Source of the DNA: Candidatus Saccharimonadota bacterium | GTDB taxonomy: Bacteria > Patescibacteriota > Saccharimonadia > Saccharimonadales > Saccharimonadaceae | Reading direction: 5' to 3' | Length of the DNA: 64,000 nucleotides | Assembly (NCBI GenBank): GCA_905373795.1 | Contig: CAJPUO010000002.1 | Coordinates: 92,882-156,881 of the forward strand | In this document: positions 11,130 through 21,042 of the stretch, one piece after another | Layout: each line of letters opens with the position of its first letter | Numbering within the stretch: position 1 is the stretch's first letter | The notes under the pieces: generated by a model | Databases searched by the model: none | Told to the model about the DNA's origin: nothing | Seen by the model: the letters and a program-made list of their open reading frames with translations, nothing else | Made by a program: the position numbers and the translations under genes

Positions 11130-12023
11130 ATGAAAAAACCAACCAAAGCTATCATCGCCGCCGCTGGTTTCGGCACCCGGTTTTTGCCGCAGACCAAAGC
11201 CATGCCTAAAGAAATGTTGCCGCTAATCGACAAGCCGATTATTCAGTATGTCGTCGAGGAATTGGTGGAGGCTGGCATTAAGGATATCATTATCATCGGT
11301 AGCGCCAACAAGCGGGCGATCGAAGACCATTTTGATACGCCAAACGAAGAGCTGCTCGCCAATCTGCGCGCTGGCGGTGCCAAAAAACAACCGCTAATCG
11401 ACATCGTTCAGCGCTTGTCCGAGATGGCTAATTTTGTCTACATCCGTCAGAAAGGTCCGTACGGCAATGCTACGCCGCTGGCTTGCGCTTCACATTTAAT
11501 TCGCCACGATGAGCCGGTGATTTATACCTTTGCTGATGATTTTATCGCTGCCAGCCCGAGCCGTTTTCGACAAATGATTGAGGCATCAGAAAGTTTGCAC
11601 GGTGCGGTGCTGTCGTGTAAGAAAATTACCGACGATTCGGAATTTGATCGTTATGGTGTTATCAATGGCCAGCAAATTAAAGGCGGCGTTATTAAAATGA
11701 CCAATATTGTCGAAAAGCCAGGAAAAACCAATGCGCCGTCCGATCTGGCGAGTGTCAGCAGCTATTTGCTGCCAGGCGAGATTTTTGGTTATTTAGAGAA
11801 AGCTAAGGAAAAATTTGACGGTCGCGGCGAATTTACTGTCCAGCCGATTATGCAAGAAATGATTGACGACGGATTTGATTTTTACGGCGTAGAAATCACC
11901 AACGGCACATATTATGATACCGGCGATAAATTGGAATATTTGAAGACGGTGATTGACTTTGGTCTGCGCGATCCGAATTTTGGCGGGGACTTGCGTGCTC
12001 ATCTGACAAGCCGCTTGAAATAG
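11130..12023 (+). CDS. galU: UTP--glucose-1-phosphate uridylyltransferase
   Basis: KAIIAAAGFGTRFLPQTKAMPKEMLP, IVEKP, YDTGDKLEYL. Confidence 0.9.
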   Translation: MKKPTKAIIAAAGFGTRFLPQTKAMPKEMLPLIDKPIIQYVVEELVEAGIKDIIIIGSANKRAIEDHFDTPNEELLANLRAGGAKKQPLIDIVQRLSEMANFVYIRQKGPYGNATPLACASHLIRHDEPVIYTFADDFIAASPSRFRQMIEASESLHGAVLSCKKITDDSEFDRYGVINGQQIKGGVIKMTNIVEKPGKTNAPSDLASVSSYLLPGEIFGYLEKAKEKFDGRGEFTVQPIMQEMIDDGFDFYGVEITNGTYYDTGDKLEYLKTVIDFGLRDPNFGGDLRAHLTSRLK

Positions 12024-12038
12024 TGTATAGTAAAAAGC

Positions 12039-12278
12039 ATGAATGGTTTGTTAATAGTACTAGTAGCGTTGATGGCGGTATTTGTCGTCATGCTGATCGT
12101 CATGACAATTTCCATTATTAAGCTGACACGGCAGATTCGCCAAACCCAGCAAAAAGTAGAGGCGATAACTCAGCGAATTTCTGGATTTAGCGGAATTGTC
12201 AGTGCTGTTTCAATTGGTGCAGAACTAGCGAAAAAAATTGACTTCAAAGCATGGATTTTTAGCCAAGTATTTTACTAA
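12039..12278 (+). CDS. Small membrane protein with coiled coil
   Basis: N-terminal TM; -10-like TATAGT just upstream. Confidence 0.65.
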   Translation: MNGLLIVLVALMAVFVVMLIVMTISIIKLTRQIRQTQQKVEAITQRISGFSGIVSAVSIGAELAKKIDFKAWIFSQVFY

Positions 12279-12292
12279 AAAGAAGGCGGGAA

Positions 12293-12592
12293 ATGGCAGA
12301 AAAACCAAACAAAAAACAATCAAATAAGTTGGCGCGGAAAATTGTTCGCGACAATGAAAACGGCGCGCGGCAGGCGATTTTAGAAGATTTGTTTTTTGAC
12401 TTTCATCGTTCGCGCCGTCAAGTCTATTGGATGAATTTTATTCGCGGTATCTTCTTTGGTATTGGCAGCGCGCTGGGGGCTACGCTGTTGATTACCTTGC
12501 TGGTTTGGCTGCTAGGCCAGTTTGCTGATATTTTTCCGCCGCTGGCTGATTTTATCAATCATCTAATCGAGACGATGCGGCACCGTCAATAA
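12293..12592 (+). CDS. Small membrane protein (DUF5665-like)
   Basis: RRQVYWMNFIRGIFFGIGSALGATL pattern typical of DUF5665. Confidence 0.7.
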   Translation: MAEKPNKKQSNKLARKIVRDNENGARQAILEDLFFDFHRSRRQVYWMNFIRGIFFGIGSALGATLLITLLVWLLGQFADIFPPLADFINHLIETMRHRQ

Positions 12593-12611
12593 CATGCTAT
12601 AATTATTAGCA

Positions 12612-15600
12612 ATGACTGGGGGAAATAGTGGACAATCTTTGCCGGCGGCTTTGAAGCCGTCAGATTTCGTGCACCTGCATAATCATACCTTTCATTCGGT
12701 GCTAGACGGCTTGACTAAAATCAATGATTTGGTTGATAAGGTCAAGGAGTTCGGTATGGAAGCGGCGGCAGTAACTGATCACGGTACGATGAGCGGTATC
12801 CTTGACTATTATAAAACTGCCAAAAAGGCTGGTATCAAGCCGATCCTTGGTATCGAGACATACGTAGCGGCGCGCTCGCGCTTTGACCGCGATCCGGCCA
12901 AGGATAAGCAGCGCTTTCACTTGACGGTGCTGGCGATGAACAATACCGGCTTTCATAATCTGATGAAGCTATCGACGCAGGCTAATCTGGAGGGTATGTA
13001 TTACAAACCGCGGATTGATCACGACTTGCTGGAGGAGTTGAACGAAGGTTTAATTGTGATGAGCGGCTGTGCTAGCGGTGAAATTGGCGTAGCTCTCAAA
13101 GAAGATGACTACGACCGCGCCCGCGATATTGCCAAATGGTATAAATCGATTCTGGGCGACCGCTACTATCTGGAGTTGCAAGACCACGGTCACCCGAAGT
13201 CAAATACGCACTGGGACGTCCAGGCAAAAATCAACGAGGGCTTGATTAAATTATCGAAGGAACTGGACATCGAGATGGTGGTGACTTGCGACGGGCACTA
13301 CTTGACACATGATCACCAAGACGCGCACGAAATTTTGCTGTGTGTCGGTACTGGTTCGTACTTGAGCGATGAAAAGCGGATGAGTCTGAAAGACTTTGAA
13401 CTGCACTTGACCGACCCGCGCGATATCATCGCTCACTGGGGAGAGGAATATCCCGAGGTAATTCGTAACACTAAAAAGGTGGCTGACCGCTGTAACGTTG
13501 AAATTGAGCTGGGCCGCATTCTTATCCCTAAATATCCGCTGCCTGAAGGTGAGAACGAGCACTCGTATCTGCTGAGATTGACTTATCAGGGCTTGCTGCA
13601 GCGTTATAATGGCGCTTCGAAAGAGGAAGCCGAGAGGCTAGACCCTGAAGATATCATCCCGCAATTGTCTGACGAAGTTCGCCAGCGCGCCGAGATGGAG
13701 CTGGGCGTGATGGGTAACATGGGTTATGAGGGCTATTTCTTAATCGTTCAGGATTTTATTAACTGGGGTAAATCTCAAGGGATTGTTTTTGGCCCGGGCC
13801 GTGGTAGCGCCGCCGGATCAATTATTGCCTACGCACTGAACATTACCGACCTTGATCCTCTGAAGTATGGTCTGCTGTTTGAGCGTTTCCTTAATCCAGA
13901 TCGTATTTCCATGCCGGATATCGATGTCGATATTCAGGATACGCGCCGCGACGAGGTGATTGAATATTGTGCTAAGAAATACGGCGAAGATCACGTCAGT
14001 AATATCGCTACCTTTGGTAAGATGTTCGGCCGCATGGCGGTGCGCGATGTCGCTAGGGTGCTGGAAGTGCCATATGCCGAGAGCGACCGCTTGGCTAAGT
14101 TGGTACCGCCGCCAAACCAGGGTCGGCACATTCCGCTGTCGGTTAGCGTTAAAGAGGACGCTGATTTGCGTAAGGAGTACGAGAATAACCCTACCGCTAA
14201 AGAGGTTCTAGATTACGCCATTCAGCTAGAAGGCACGATTCGCAGCCACGGCGTTCATGCCTGCGGCGTGGTGATTGCGCCGGACACGCTGGTTAATTAT
14301 ATTCCGCTAGAAATGGCACAAAAGGGCGTGGTGGCGACGCAGTTCCCGATGGGCGAGGTTGAGGAATTGGGACTGCTGAAGATGGACTTTCTAGGCCTTT
14401 CAAACTTAACGATTATTAATAATGCCATGCGTATTATCAAAAAAGTTTATAAAGAAGAAATCGATCTGGCGCATTTACCGCTCGATGACAAGCCAACGTA
14501 CGAGCTATTCCAGCGCGGCGACACCACTGGCGTGTTCCAGTTAGAATCGGCGGGCATGAAACGCTACCTGCGGGCGCTCAAGCCGACACATTTCGAGGAT
14601 ATCATCGCTATGGTGGCTTTGTACCGTCCGGGGCCGATGCAGTTTATCGATAGCTTTATCCGCCGCAAGCACGGCGAAGAGCCGATTACCTACTTGCACG
14701 AGGGCATGCGCAATTCGCTGGAAAACACCTACGGTATTTTGGTCTACCAAGAGCAATTTATGCAAATTTCCAAGGAATGGTGCGGCTTCACTGGCGGCCA
14801 GGCTGATACGCTGCGTAAAGCCGTCGGTAAGAAAAAAATCGACCTAATGAAAAAGGTTAAGCCGGAGTTCGTCGAGGGCGCGGTCAAAGTTGGCGGCGCC
14901 ACCCGCGAAATGGCAGAAACTTTCTGGACGCAGCTGGAGGAATTCGCTAATTACTGCTTTAATAAGTCGCACGCCGCTTGCTACGGCTTGATTGCCTATT
15001 GGACGGCCTACCTGAAGGCGCACTATCCGGACGCTTTCATGGCGGCGCTAATGACCAGCGATCACGACGACACAGATCGTTTGGCGATTGAAATGACTGA
15101 GTGTAAACATATGGGGATTGACGTATTAAGCCCGGACGTTAATGAGTCGTTCATTGAGTTTGCAGTGGTGCCGAACGAGCATAAAATTCGCTTCGGCATG
15201 TCGGCGGTGAAAGGCGTCGGCGTTGGCGCAGTGGAGGAAGTATTGCGTGCGCGCGAAGAAGGCGCGTTTTCTTCGGTGGAAGATTTTGCCAAGCGTGTCT
15301 CGACTAGTAAATTCAACCGCAAAGCTTGGGAATCGCTGATTAAATCCGGCGCCTTTGATGACATAGGCGATCGGTCGGATTTGCTATTCAATCTTGACGC
15401 GATTACTGCTTTTGCTTCCAAACTTCAAAAAGAAGCTGCCAGCGGTCAGACGGATTTGTTTGGTATGCTTGGCGGCGAAGGATCGGGCGTGCAGTCAATG
15501 CTAAACTTGCAAAAAGCGCCAGTCCAACATACGGACAAAGAGCGCCTGGCGTGGGAGCGGGAACTGTTGGGCTTGTATATTAGCGCCCATCCGCTTGATA

Positions 15601-16355
15601 AGTATGAGACGTATCTAAGCGAGCAAGCCCAGCCGTTAACGCAGTTAATTCCGGAGTACGACAGCCGGACGATGACCGTCGGGGGAATTATCAATTCGGT
15701 GCGGACGATTGTCACAAAAAGCGGTTCAAAGATGGCTTTCGTGGGAATTGAGGATAAGTTTGGCGAAGGCGAAGTAATAGTTTTCCCAAACCTGTATGAA
15801 AAAGTTGGCGCCAAGCTGCAACAAGACGCAGTGATTCGGGTATCCGGCAAGAATTCGGCGCGGGATCGCGACGGTAATTTGGGCGGCGAGAGCAAGCTGA
15901 TTGCCGACGATATTATTATGATTACTGATGACGACGTCGATAACTACGAGTCGACCGGCCGTAAAATGGATGCGCCAAAAATCAGCACCGCAGTAAAGAA
16001 AGAGCGGCGGGCAGCTTATAAAAATCAGCGCCGCAGTTCTGTTGGCGGATCGGACGGATTGAAGCATGCGAGCGCGGCAGTTCAGACGGCTGCTAAACAA
16101 CCTGCGGTGTCAGTTGCTGCTGCGGAAATGCCGGCAGTAAAATTATTTGTACATGTTAAAGATCCGAATAATCACGATGCGCTGATAAAAATGAAGTCAG
16201 TGTGCGGCGATTATGCCGGTATGACGGATGTAGTGCTGGTGCTGGGCGAAGAAAAAAAGTCAGCCATGCGCCTGCCGTTCAAAGTTGAAGCAGATGATGC
16301 GCTTATTAAAAAACTAGAGCAGCTGCTGGGTAAAGAGTGTGTTAAAGTGCAGTGA
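12612..16355 (+). CDS. dnaE: DNA polymerase III alpha subunit
   Basis: PHP domain HLHNHT/TDHG, GPGRGSAAGS, PDIDVD, FNKSH, OB fold. Confidence 0.98.
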   Translation: MTGGNSGQSLPAALKPSDFVHLHNHTFHSVLDGLTKINDLVDKVKEFGMEAAAVTDHGTMSGILDYYKTAKKAGIKPILGIETYVAARSRFDRDPAKDKQRFHLTVLAMNNTGFHNLMKLSTQANLEGMYYKPRIDHDLLEELNEGLIVMSGCASGEIGVALKEDDYDRARDIAKWYKSILGDRYYLELQDHGHPKSNTHWDVQAKINEGLIKLSKELDIEMVVTCDGHYLTHDHQDAHEILLCVGTGSYLSDEKRMSLKDFELHLTDPRDIIAHWGEEYPEVIRNTKKVADRCNVEIELGRILIPKYPLPEGENEHSYLLRLTYQGLLQRYNGASKEEAERLDPEDIIPQLSDEVRQRAEMELGVMGNMGYEGYFLIVQDFINWGKSQGIVFGPGRGSAAGSIIAYALNITDLDPLKYGLLFERFLNPDRISMPDIDVDIQDTRRDEVIEYCAKKYGEDHVSNIATFGKMFGRMAVRDVARVLEVPYAESDRLAKLVPPPNQGRHIPLSVSVKEDADLRKEYENNPTAKEVLDYAIQLEGTIRSHGVHACGVVIAPDTLVNYIPLEMAQKGVVATQFPMGEVEELGLLKMDFLGLSNLTIINNAMRIIKKVYKEEIDLAHLPLDDKPTYELFQRGDTTGVFQLESAGMKRYLRALKPTHFEDIIAMVALYRPGPMQFIDSFIRRKHGEEPITYLHEGMRNSLENTYGILVYQEQFMQISKEWCGFTGGQADTLRKAVGKKKIDLMKKVKPEFVEGAVKVGGATREMAETFWTQLEEFANYCFNKSHAACYGLIAYWTAYLKAHYPDAFMAALMTSDHDDTDRLAIEMTECKHMGIDVLSPDVNESFIEFAVVPNEHKIRFGMSAVKGVGVGAVEEVLRAREEGAFSSVEDFAKRVSTSKFNRKAWESLIKSGAFDDIGDRSDLLFNLDAITAFASKLQKEAASGQTDLFGMLGGEGSGVQSMLNLQKAPVQHTDKERLAWERELLGLYISAHPLDKYETYLSEQAQPLTQLIPEYDSRTMTVGGIINSVRTIVTKSGSKMAFVGIEDKFGEGEVIVFPNLYEKVGAKLQQDAVIRVSGKNSARDRDGNLGGESKLIADDIIMITDDDVDNYESTGRKMDAPKISTAVKKERRAAYKNQRRSSVGGSDGLKHASAAVQTAAKQPAVSVAAAEMPAVKLFVHVKDPNNHDALIKMKSVCGDYAGMTDVVLVLGEEKKSAMRLPFKVEADDALIKKLEQLLGKECVKVQ

Positions 16356-16374
16356 TAAATAGAGAGTACTGACT

Positions 16375-16492
16375 TACAAAGAAAATAGCCCACCGAACTG
16401 GCTCAAACCGGAATTGGGTGTATCTCAACCCAGGAAACGCGATATACGTTTCAACCAGGTTGAGCCAATTCGGCAAGCGATTTTCGGTGGGC
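16375..16492 (-). terminator. Branched ~105-nt stem-loop followed by a U-rich tract (3' end of minus-strand small gene)
   Basis: gcccaccgaa 16388-16397 / ttcggtgggc 16483-16492; inner stem 16393-16411 / 16455-16473; two internal hairpins; minus strand continues TATTTTCTTT. Confidence 0.6.
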
Positions 16493-16496
16493 ACCC

Positions 16497-16712
16497 TTAG
16501 CTCTTGTTATTGCCTCCTCTGAATGGGGTAGCAATCACTGAGAGAAACAGCCAGAATCCAACGGCCTGCCAGAATGACAGGTGAGGGATGTATCCAAGAC
16601 CGGAGTCGTGAAGCGCTCCGGTCAGAGCCATGAGTATGACCGCGGCTAAGGCGACTCCTCCCGCCCAAAGGGCGAGCGCAAGGACACAGCCACACCCGAT
16701 GTTGTTATTCAT
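16497..16712 (-). CDS. 71-aa two-TM hydrophobic protein
   Basis: ATG at 16712 preceded by SD AGGAG; MNNNIGCGCVLALALWAGG...FRGGNNKS; own promoter. Confidence 0.75.
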   Translation of the reverse strand: MNNNIGCGCVLALALWAGGVALAAVILMALTGALHDSGLGYIPHLSFWQAVGFWLFLSVIATPFRGGNNKS

Positions 16713-16823
16713 GATCTCTCCTTTCAGGAGACTCTCGCTCAAAGCTAAAGGGCAACTTCTGCCCTTTATACGAAACTTTGAGCAAAAGCTGATATATATA
16801 TCATACTGAATCAGAAATGTCAA
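16713..16823 (-). promoter_or_regulatory. Promoter and structured 5' UTR with SD-sequestering hairpin
   Basis: TTGACA (16823-16818), 17 nt, TATATA; nested stems GCTCAAAG/CTTTGAGC and TAAAGGGCA/TGCCCTTTA; TCTCCT-GAA-AGGAGA covers the SD. Confidence 0.65.
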
Positions 16824-16892
16824 CACATTTTTCAGAAAATGTGTCATAATATACATCGCCACCTCTGTTATTATTTTTTATAAAAATTAACG

Positions 16893-17447
16893 CTATTTTC
16901 TGACCGTCAGTCCGTATAAAGCAATTCCGGCCGCTACCGACACGTTAAACGACTCTTTTTGTCCGGACATGGGGATTTCCACGATGTGCTGGCATTGTTC
17001 TAAAAGCTCAGGCGTAATGCCATGGACTTCCTCGCCCAGCAGCAGTGCTAATTTGTCCGGCGGTTGGAAATCTGGCAGCATGACGCTGTAGTCTGACTGT
17101 TCCAGAGCGACGATCGGCAAGCTCTCGTTTTGTTCGTTATCGTCCAGCCAGTCATTGATATCTTCATAAAATGCAAACGACACCAAACTTTCCGCTCCCA
17201 GCGCGGTTTTGTGGATTTGCTGGGTAATTTTCTGGCGGATGTGTGGTAAGCGCGGATCATTCTGGCATATTTCGCCGCTGACAAATGCGCAACTCGGCGC
17301 CTCGCTATTCAAGCTCAAGTCCGGGTACGGCGTATAGCCGCTGAGAATAATTTTTTTCACGCCAAACCCCTCGGCGGTACGAAAGATTGCCCCGACATTA
17401 TATGTAGAGCGAATATTGTGCAGTAATAGCGTTATCTCCGGTTTCAT
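16893..17447 (-). CDS. SpoU/TrmH family RNA methyltransferase
   Basis: LHNIRSTYNVGAIFRTA, LLLGEEVHGI, EIPMSGQKESFNVSVAAG. Confidence 0.92.
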   Translation of the reverse strand: MKPEITLLLHNIRSTYNVGAIFRTAEGFGVKKIILSGYTPYPDLSLNSEAPSCAFVSGEICQNDPRLPHIRQKITQQIHKTALGAESLVSFAFYEDINDWLDDNEQNESLPIVALEQSDYSVMLPDFQPPDKLALLLGEEVHGITPELLEQCQHIVEIPMSGQKESFNVSVAAGIALYGLTVRK

Positions 17448-17499
17448 GCTCTCATTATAGCATTCGCCAAAACGTAAGCTTTTTGCTATAATTTTTCTT

Positions 17500-19122
17500 A
17501 TGGACGAGGAAAAGATCCAAGCGCGCCGCCGCGACCAAGACGAGGACGCAACACGCCATCGGGCGTCGATTTTAGGTTTGCCTTATTTGGATGGCCGCGA
17601 GTTTGAGAGTACTATGCCGTTATTGCGGGATATCCTGACAATTGACGAAATGTACGAAGGCCGCATCGTACCATTGTCATTCAATGAAGAAGATCAGTCG
17701 TACCGATTTGCAGTAACATCGCAAACGCCGCAATCTTTAATGGCGCAGATGACCAGGGAATATACCGACGAAGGCCGGCGGATTTTTTTCTCTTTAATTT
17801 CCGGCTCGGCGTTCCGGTCGATTATGCTGCGGTTTGATCCGCCGAAAAAGATAATTTACGATGATATCGAAATTGCTAAAGAAGGCGACAGCGACACGTT
17901 GGCGCAGGTGACGCAGATTTTAGCGACAGTCGGTACAAATGACGTTTTTAACTATTTGATTGACCAGGCTGATAAACTAGGCGCGTCCGATATTCATATT
18001 GAGAATCAGCGCGAATCAATTCGGGTGCGAATGCGCGTTGATGGCGCTTTGCACACTGTGGCAGAACTAAGCCGCGACCGCTACCGGGTGATTATGGCAA
18101 CGCTGGCGTCTCACGCTAATATTTCCACGGCAGCCACCGAGCCTCAGTCTGGCCACATGCAGCAAGTAATTCACCGCGACGGCGCGTCTCATTTATTAAA
18201 TTTGCGCGTTGAGGCAGTGCCGACGATTTACGGAATGGACTTGGTGCTGCGTTTGTTTAACTTTGATACATCAATGCTAAATTTGGATCTTTTAAGTATT
18301 TCCAAGGAAGAACGCGAGCAAATTGATGAAATTATTTCGCATCCGCGCGGCATGCTGTTGATGGTTGGTCCGACTGGCTCGGGAAAGTCGACAACGCTGT
18401 ATAGTATTTTGAATGCGTTGAATACTTCAGATCGGAAAATTATTACGCTGGAAGATCCGGTGGAAAACACAATTCCGGGGATTACGCAGATTCCGATTGA
18501 TACGACTGCCGGGCAGCGGTTTGCTGATGGTTTGCGCAGTGTTTTGCGCCTTGACCCGGATGTGGTGATGGTTGGTGAGATTCGCGATCAGGAGACTGCG
18601 CGGACAGCTATCCAGGCGTCGATTACCGGACACTTGGTGCTTTCCAGCTTCCACGCCAATTCAACTGCGGCGGCGTTCAGCCGTATCATTGACATGATTG
18701 GGCAAAACCCTATTTTTAGTTCGGCGGTACGATTATTAATTGCCCAGCGGTTGGTGCGTAAACTTTGGGACGAGAGCAAGGAAGAATACGAACCGGATGA
18801 AGCTACGCGCAAGTGGGTAAAGAAGGTTTTGGCAGATTTGCCGGAGAACGTTGACTGTCCGGATCTGGATACATTCAAGTTATGGAGACCAGTACCGACT
18901 CCCGATGTACCGTTTGGCTATAAGGGGCGTATTCCGGTAATGGAGCAGTTGGTGGTGACAGAAAACATCCAAAGCTTTTTACGCGGCGACGTGGTCGATA
19001 TTCATACTGAAGCTATTGAGGCGGAAGCGAAGAAGAACGGCATGGTGACGCTACTGCAGGCAGGGGTATTAACAGCGCTGCGCGGTGAAACGACGTTGGA
19101 AGAAGTGAACAGGGTGATTTAA
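17500..19122 (+). CDS. GspE/PilB family secretion/pilus assembly ATPase
   Basis: ASDIHIE, GPTGSGKSTTLY, ITLEDPVE, LRLDPDVVMVGEIRD, TGHLVLSSFH. Confidence 0.92.
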   Translation: MDEEKIQARRRDQDEDATRHRASILGLPYLDGREFESTMPLLRDILTIDEMYEGRIVPLSFNEEDQSYRFAVTSQTPQSLMAQMTREYTDEGRRIFFSLISGSAFRSIMLRFDPPKKIIYDDIEIAKEGDSDTLAQVTQILATVGTNDVFNYLIDQADKLGASDIHIENQRESIRVRMRVDGALHTVAELSRDRYRVIMATLASHANISTAATEPQSGHMQQVIHRDGASHLLNLRVEAVPTIYGMDLVLRLFNFDTSMLNLDLLSISKEEREQIDEIISHPRGMLLMVGPTGSGKSTTLYSILNALNTSDRKIITLEDPVENTIPGITQIPIDTTAGQRFADGLRSVLRLDPDVVMVGEIRDQETARTAIQASITGHLVLSSFHANSTAAAFSRIIDMIGQNPIFSSAVRLLIAQRLVRKLWDESKEEYEPDEATRKWVKKVLADLPENVDCPDLDTFKLWRPVPTPDVPFGYKGRIPVMEQLVVTENIQSFLRGDVVDIHTEAIEAEAKKNGMVTLLQAGVLTALRGETTLEEVNRVI

Positions 19123-19212
19123 CAGGTTTCTGGTATAATGGACTCTATCTATGGGTTGCTGGATTTTTAAGCGTGGTTAATTTATAATATAGGTCGTGGA
19201 GTTGTCGATAAT

Positions 19213-20253
19213 ATGGCAATAAAAAGACGTTGTAATTATTTTTTCGGCGCGATTGTAGCAATCGGAGTTATTATATCTGGCGGATTTTTATTTAATCGCA
19301 TAGTAAAAGCTGAAAGTGCAGATAAAGCCGGGGCTTCTACGCGTCTAGTGAGTATTCATGATAGAGATTCGGAAAAAACGATTGTTACGAATGCACTAAC
19401 GGTTCGTCAGGCTTTACGGGCGGCAGGCATTACAGTTGATGAAAAGCGAGATGTAATTGAGCCGAATATCGATATGGAACTAACTGGCACGAAATTTCAG
19501 GTAAATATTCATCGTGCTCGGATGGTGACGGTTATCGACGGCACGAAAAGCCGTCAAGTAATTACCGCCGAACAGTCACCGATCAGAATTGCTAAAAAAG
19601 CGGGGATTATACTGTATCGTGAGGATAAGATCGATTTTTCTAATCCGGAAAATTTGCTGGTTAGCGGCGCCAGCCTGGCGATGAAAATTGAACGAGCCAA
19701 GCGGCGGACGATAACCGAGGATGTGGAGATTGCTTTTCCGGTTGAGCAAACGAAAGACGATACGCAGCCGATTGGCTTTAAGCAGATTAAACAGCTGGGC
19801 GAAAAAGGAATTAAAAAAGTGACTTATAAAGTTGAGGCTAATAATGGGATTGAAGTCAGCCGCAGAGAGGTTTCTCATGAAATCATTAAGCAGCCTAAAA
19901 AGCAAATCGAAGTGATCGGCACCAAGCCGAAAAATCCGCTAACCAAAGGCAAGGGTGCGCAAATATTCACCGATTCTAAAGGCGTAGCGCACCGCGAAAC
20001 TTATTATGATTTACCGATGAATATTGTTGCTAACGCCTGCGGCGGCGGTGGCTACACGGTGCGGGCGGACGGTGCTAAGGTGGACAAGGACGGCTATATT
20101 TTAGTGGCGGCAAATTATGGTAATTATCCGCGCTGTTCGGTGGTGGAAACCAGCATGGGTCCTGGCAAGGTGTATGATACTGGCGGGTTTGCTGCTCGGC
20201 ATCCGCATGGATTTGACCTGGCGACTGACTGGACTAACGGAGATGGTCGCTAG
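19213..20253 (+). CDS. DUF348 + G5 protein with 3D/MltA-like C-terminal domain (YabE-like)
   Basis: TM, DUF348 repeats and G5; C-terminus ILVAAN...GKVYDTGG...FDLATDW; directly upstream of rsmA, like yabE/rpfB. Confidence 0.75.
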   Translation: MAIKRRCNYFFGAIVAIGVIISGGFLFNRIVKAESADKAGASTRLVSIHDRDSEKTIVTNALTVRQALRAAGITVDEKRDVIEPNIDMELTGTKFQVNIHRARMVTVIDGTKSRQVITAEQSPIRIAKKAGIILYREDKIDFSNPENLLVSGASLAMKIERAKRRTITEDVEIAFPVEQTKDDTQPIGFKQIKQLGEKGIKKVTYKVEANNGIEVSRREVSHEIIKQPKKQIEVIGTKPKNPLTKGKGAQIFTDSKGVAHRETYYDLPMNIVANACGGGGYTVRADGAKVDKDGYILVAANYGNYPRCSVVETSMGPGKVYDTGGFAARHPHGFDLATDWTNGDGR

Positions 20254-21042
20254 ATGGCGTCAGCGCATGGGCCGAAAAAAGAGTTAGGCCAGCATTGGCT
20301 GCGCGACCCAGAGATCTTGGCGGAGATCGCCGAGGCGGCGGAACTTGGTAAAGATGATGTGGTTTTGGAAATTGGGCCAGGGCTTGGCACCTTGACCAGT
20401 CGGTTATTGGCGCGAGCTCAGCGCGTAGTGGCGGTGGAGTTTGATGGGGGTTTGGCGCGCAAGTTACCGGGGCAATTTCCTGGCAAAAATCTGGAAGTGA
20501 TCAATGAAGATATTTTGCAGTTTGATTTGAATCAGTTGCCAGCTGGCTATAAAGTAGTCGCCAACGTGCCGTACTATATCACTAGCAAGATTATTGAAAA
20601 GTTGATGACGGCGGAGAATAAACCAAGTTTGGCGGCGCTGCTGGTACAGAAAGAGGTTGCCCAGCGTATCGCGGCGGAACCTGGTGAGATGAGTATTTTA
20701 GCGGTTAGCGCGCAGCTATTTGCCCAGGCAGAGCTAGACATCGAAGTGCCGCGGCAGTTTTTTACGCCGCCGCCAAAAGTCGACTCGCAGGTGGTTGTGC
20801 TGAGGACCCGCGATGAACCACTCGTTGCTAATGAAGACCAAAAAGATTTTTTCCGTGTTGTCAAAGCCGGTTTTTCAGCCAAGCGTAAAAAACTGCGTTC
20901 CAGCTTGAGCGGCGGACTGGGCGTCAGTAAAGCTAGCGCCGAGCAGTTGCTGAAAAAGGCTAACATTTCGCCTGATGTCCGTGCTGAAGATTTGGCGATT
21001 GACGATTGGCAGCGGCTGCTCAAAGAATGGCGGACGCGATGA
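20254..21042 (+). CDS. rsmA: 16S rRNA m6,2A dimethyltransferase KsgA
   Basis: KKELGQHWL, VLEIGPGLG, VANVPYYIT, FTPPPKVDS. Confidence 0.96.
   Translation: MASAHGPKKELGQHWLRDPEILAEIAEAAELGKDDVVLEIGPGLGTLTSRLLARAQRVVAVEFDGGLARKLPGQFPGKNLEVINEDILQFDLNQLPAGYKVVANVPYYITSKIIEKLMTAENKPSLAALLVQKEVAQRIAAEPGEMSILAVSAQLFAQAELDIEVPRQFFTPPPKVDSQVVVLRTRDEPLVANEDQKDFFRVVKAGFSAKRKKLRSSLSGGLGVSKASAEQLLKKANISPDVRAEDLAIDDWQRLLKEWRTR

Noticed and set aside
17260..17325. Extra segment in the SpoU methyltransferase as a second palindromic insertion
   Set aside because: No clear inverted repeat or similarity to the mnmA element
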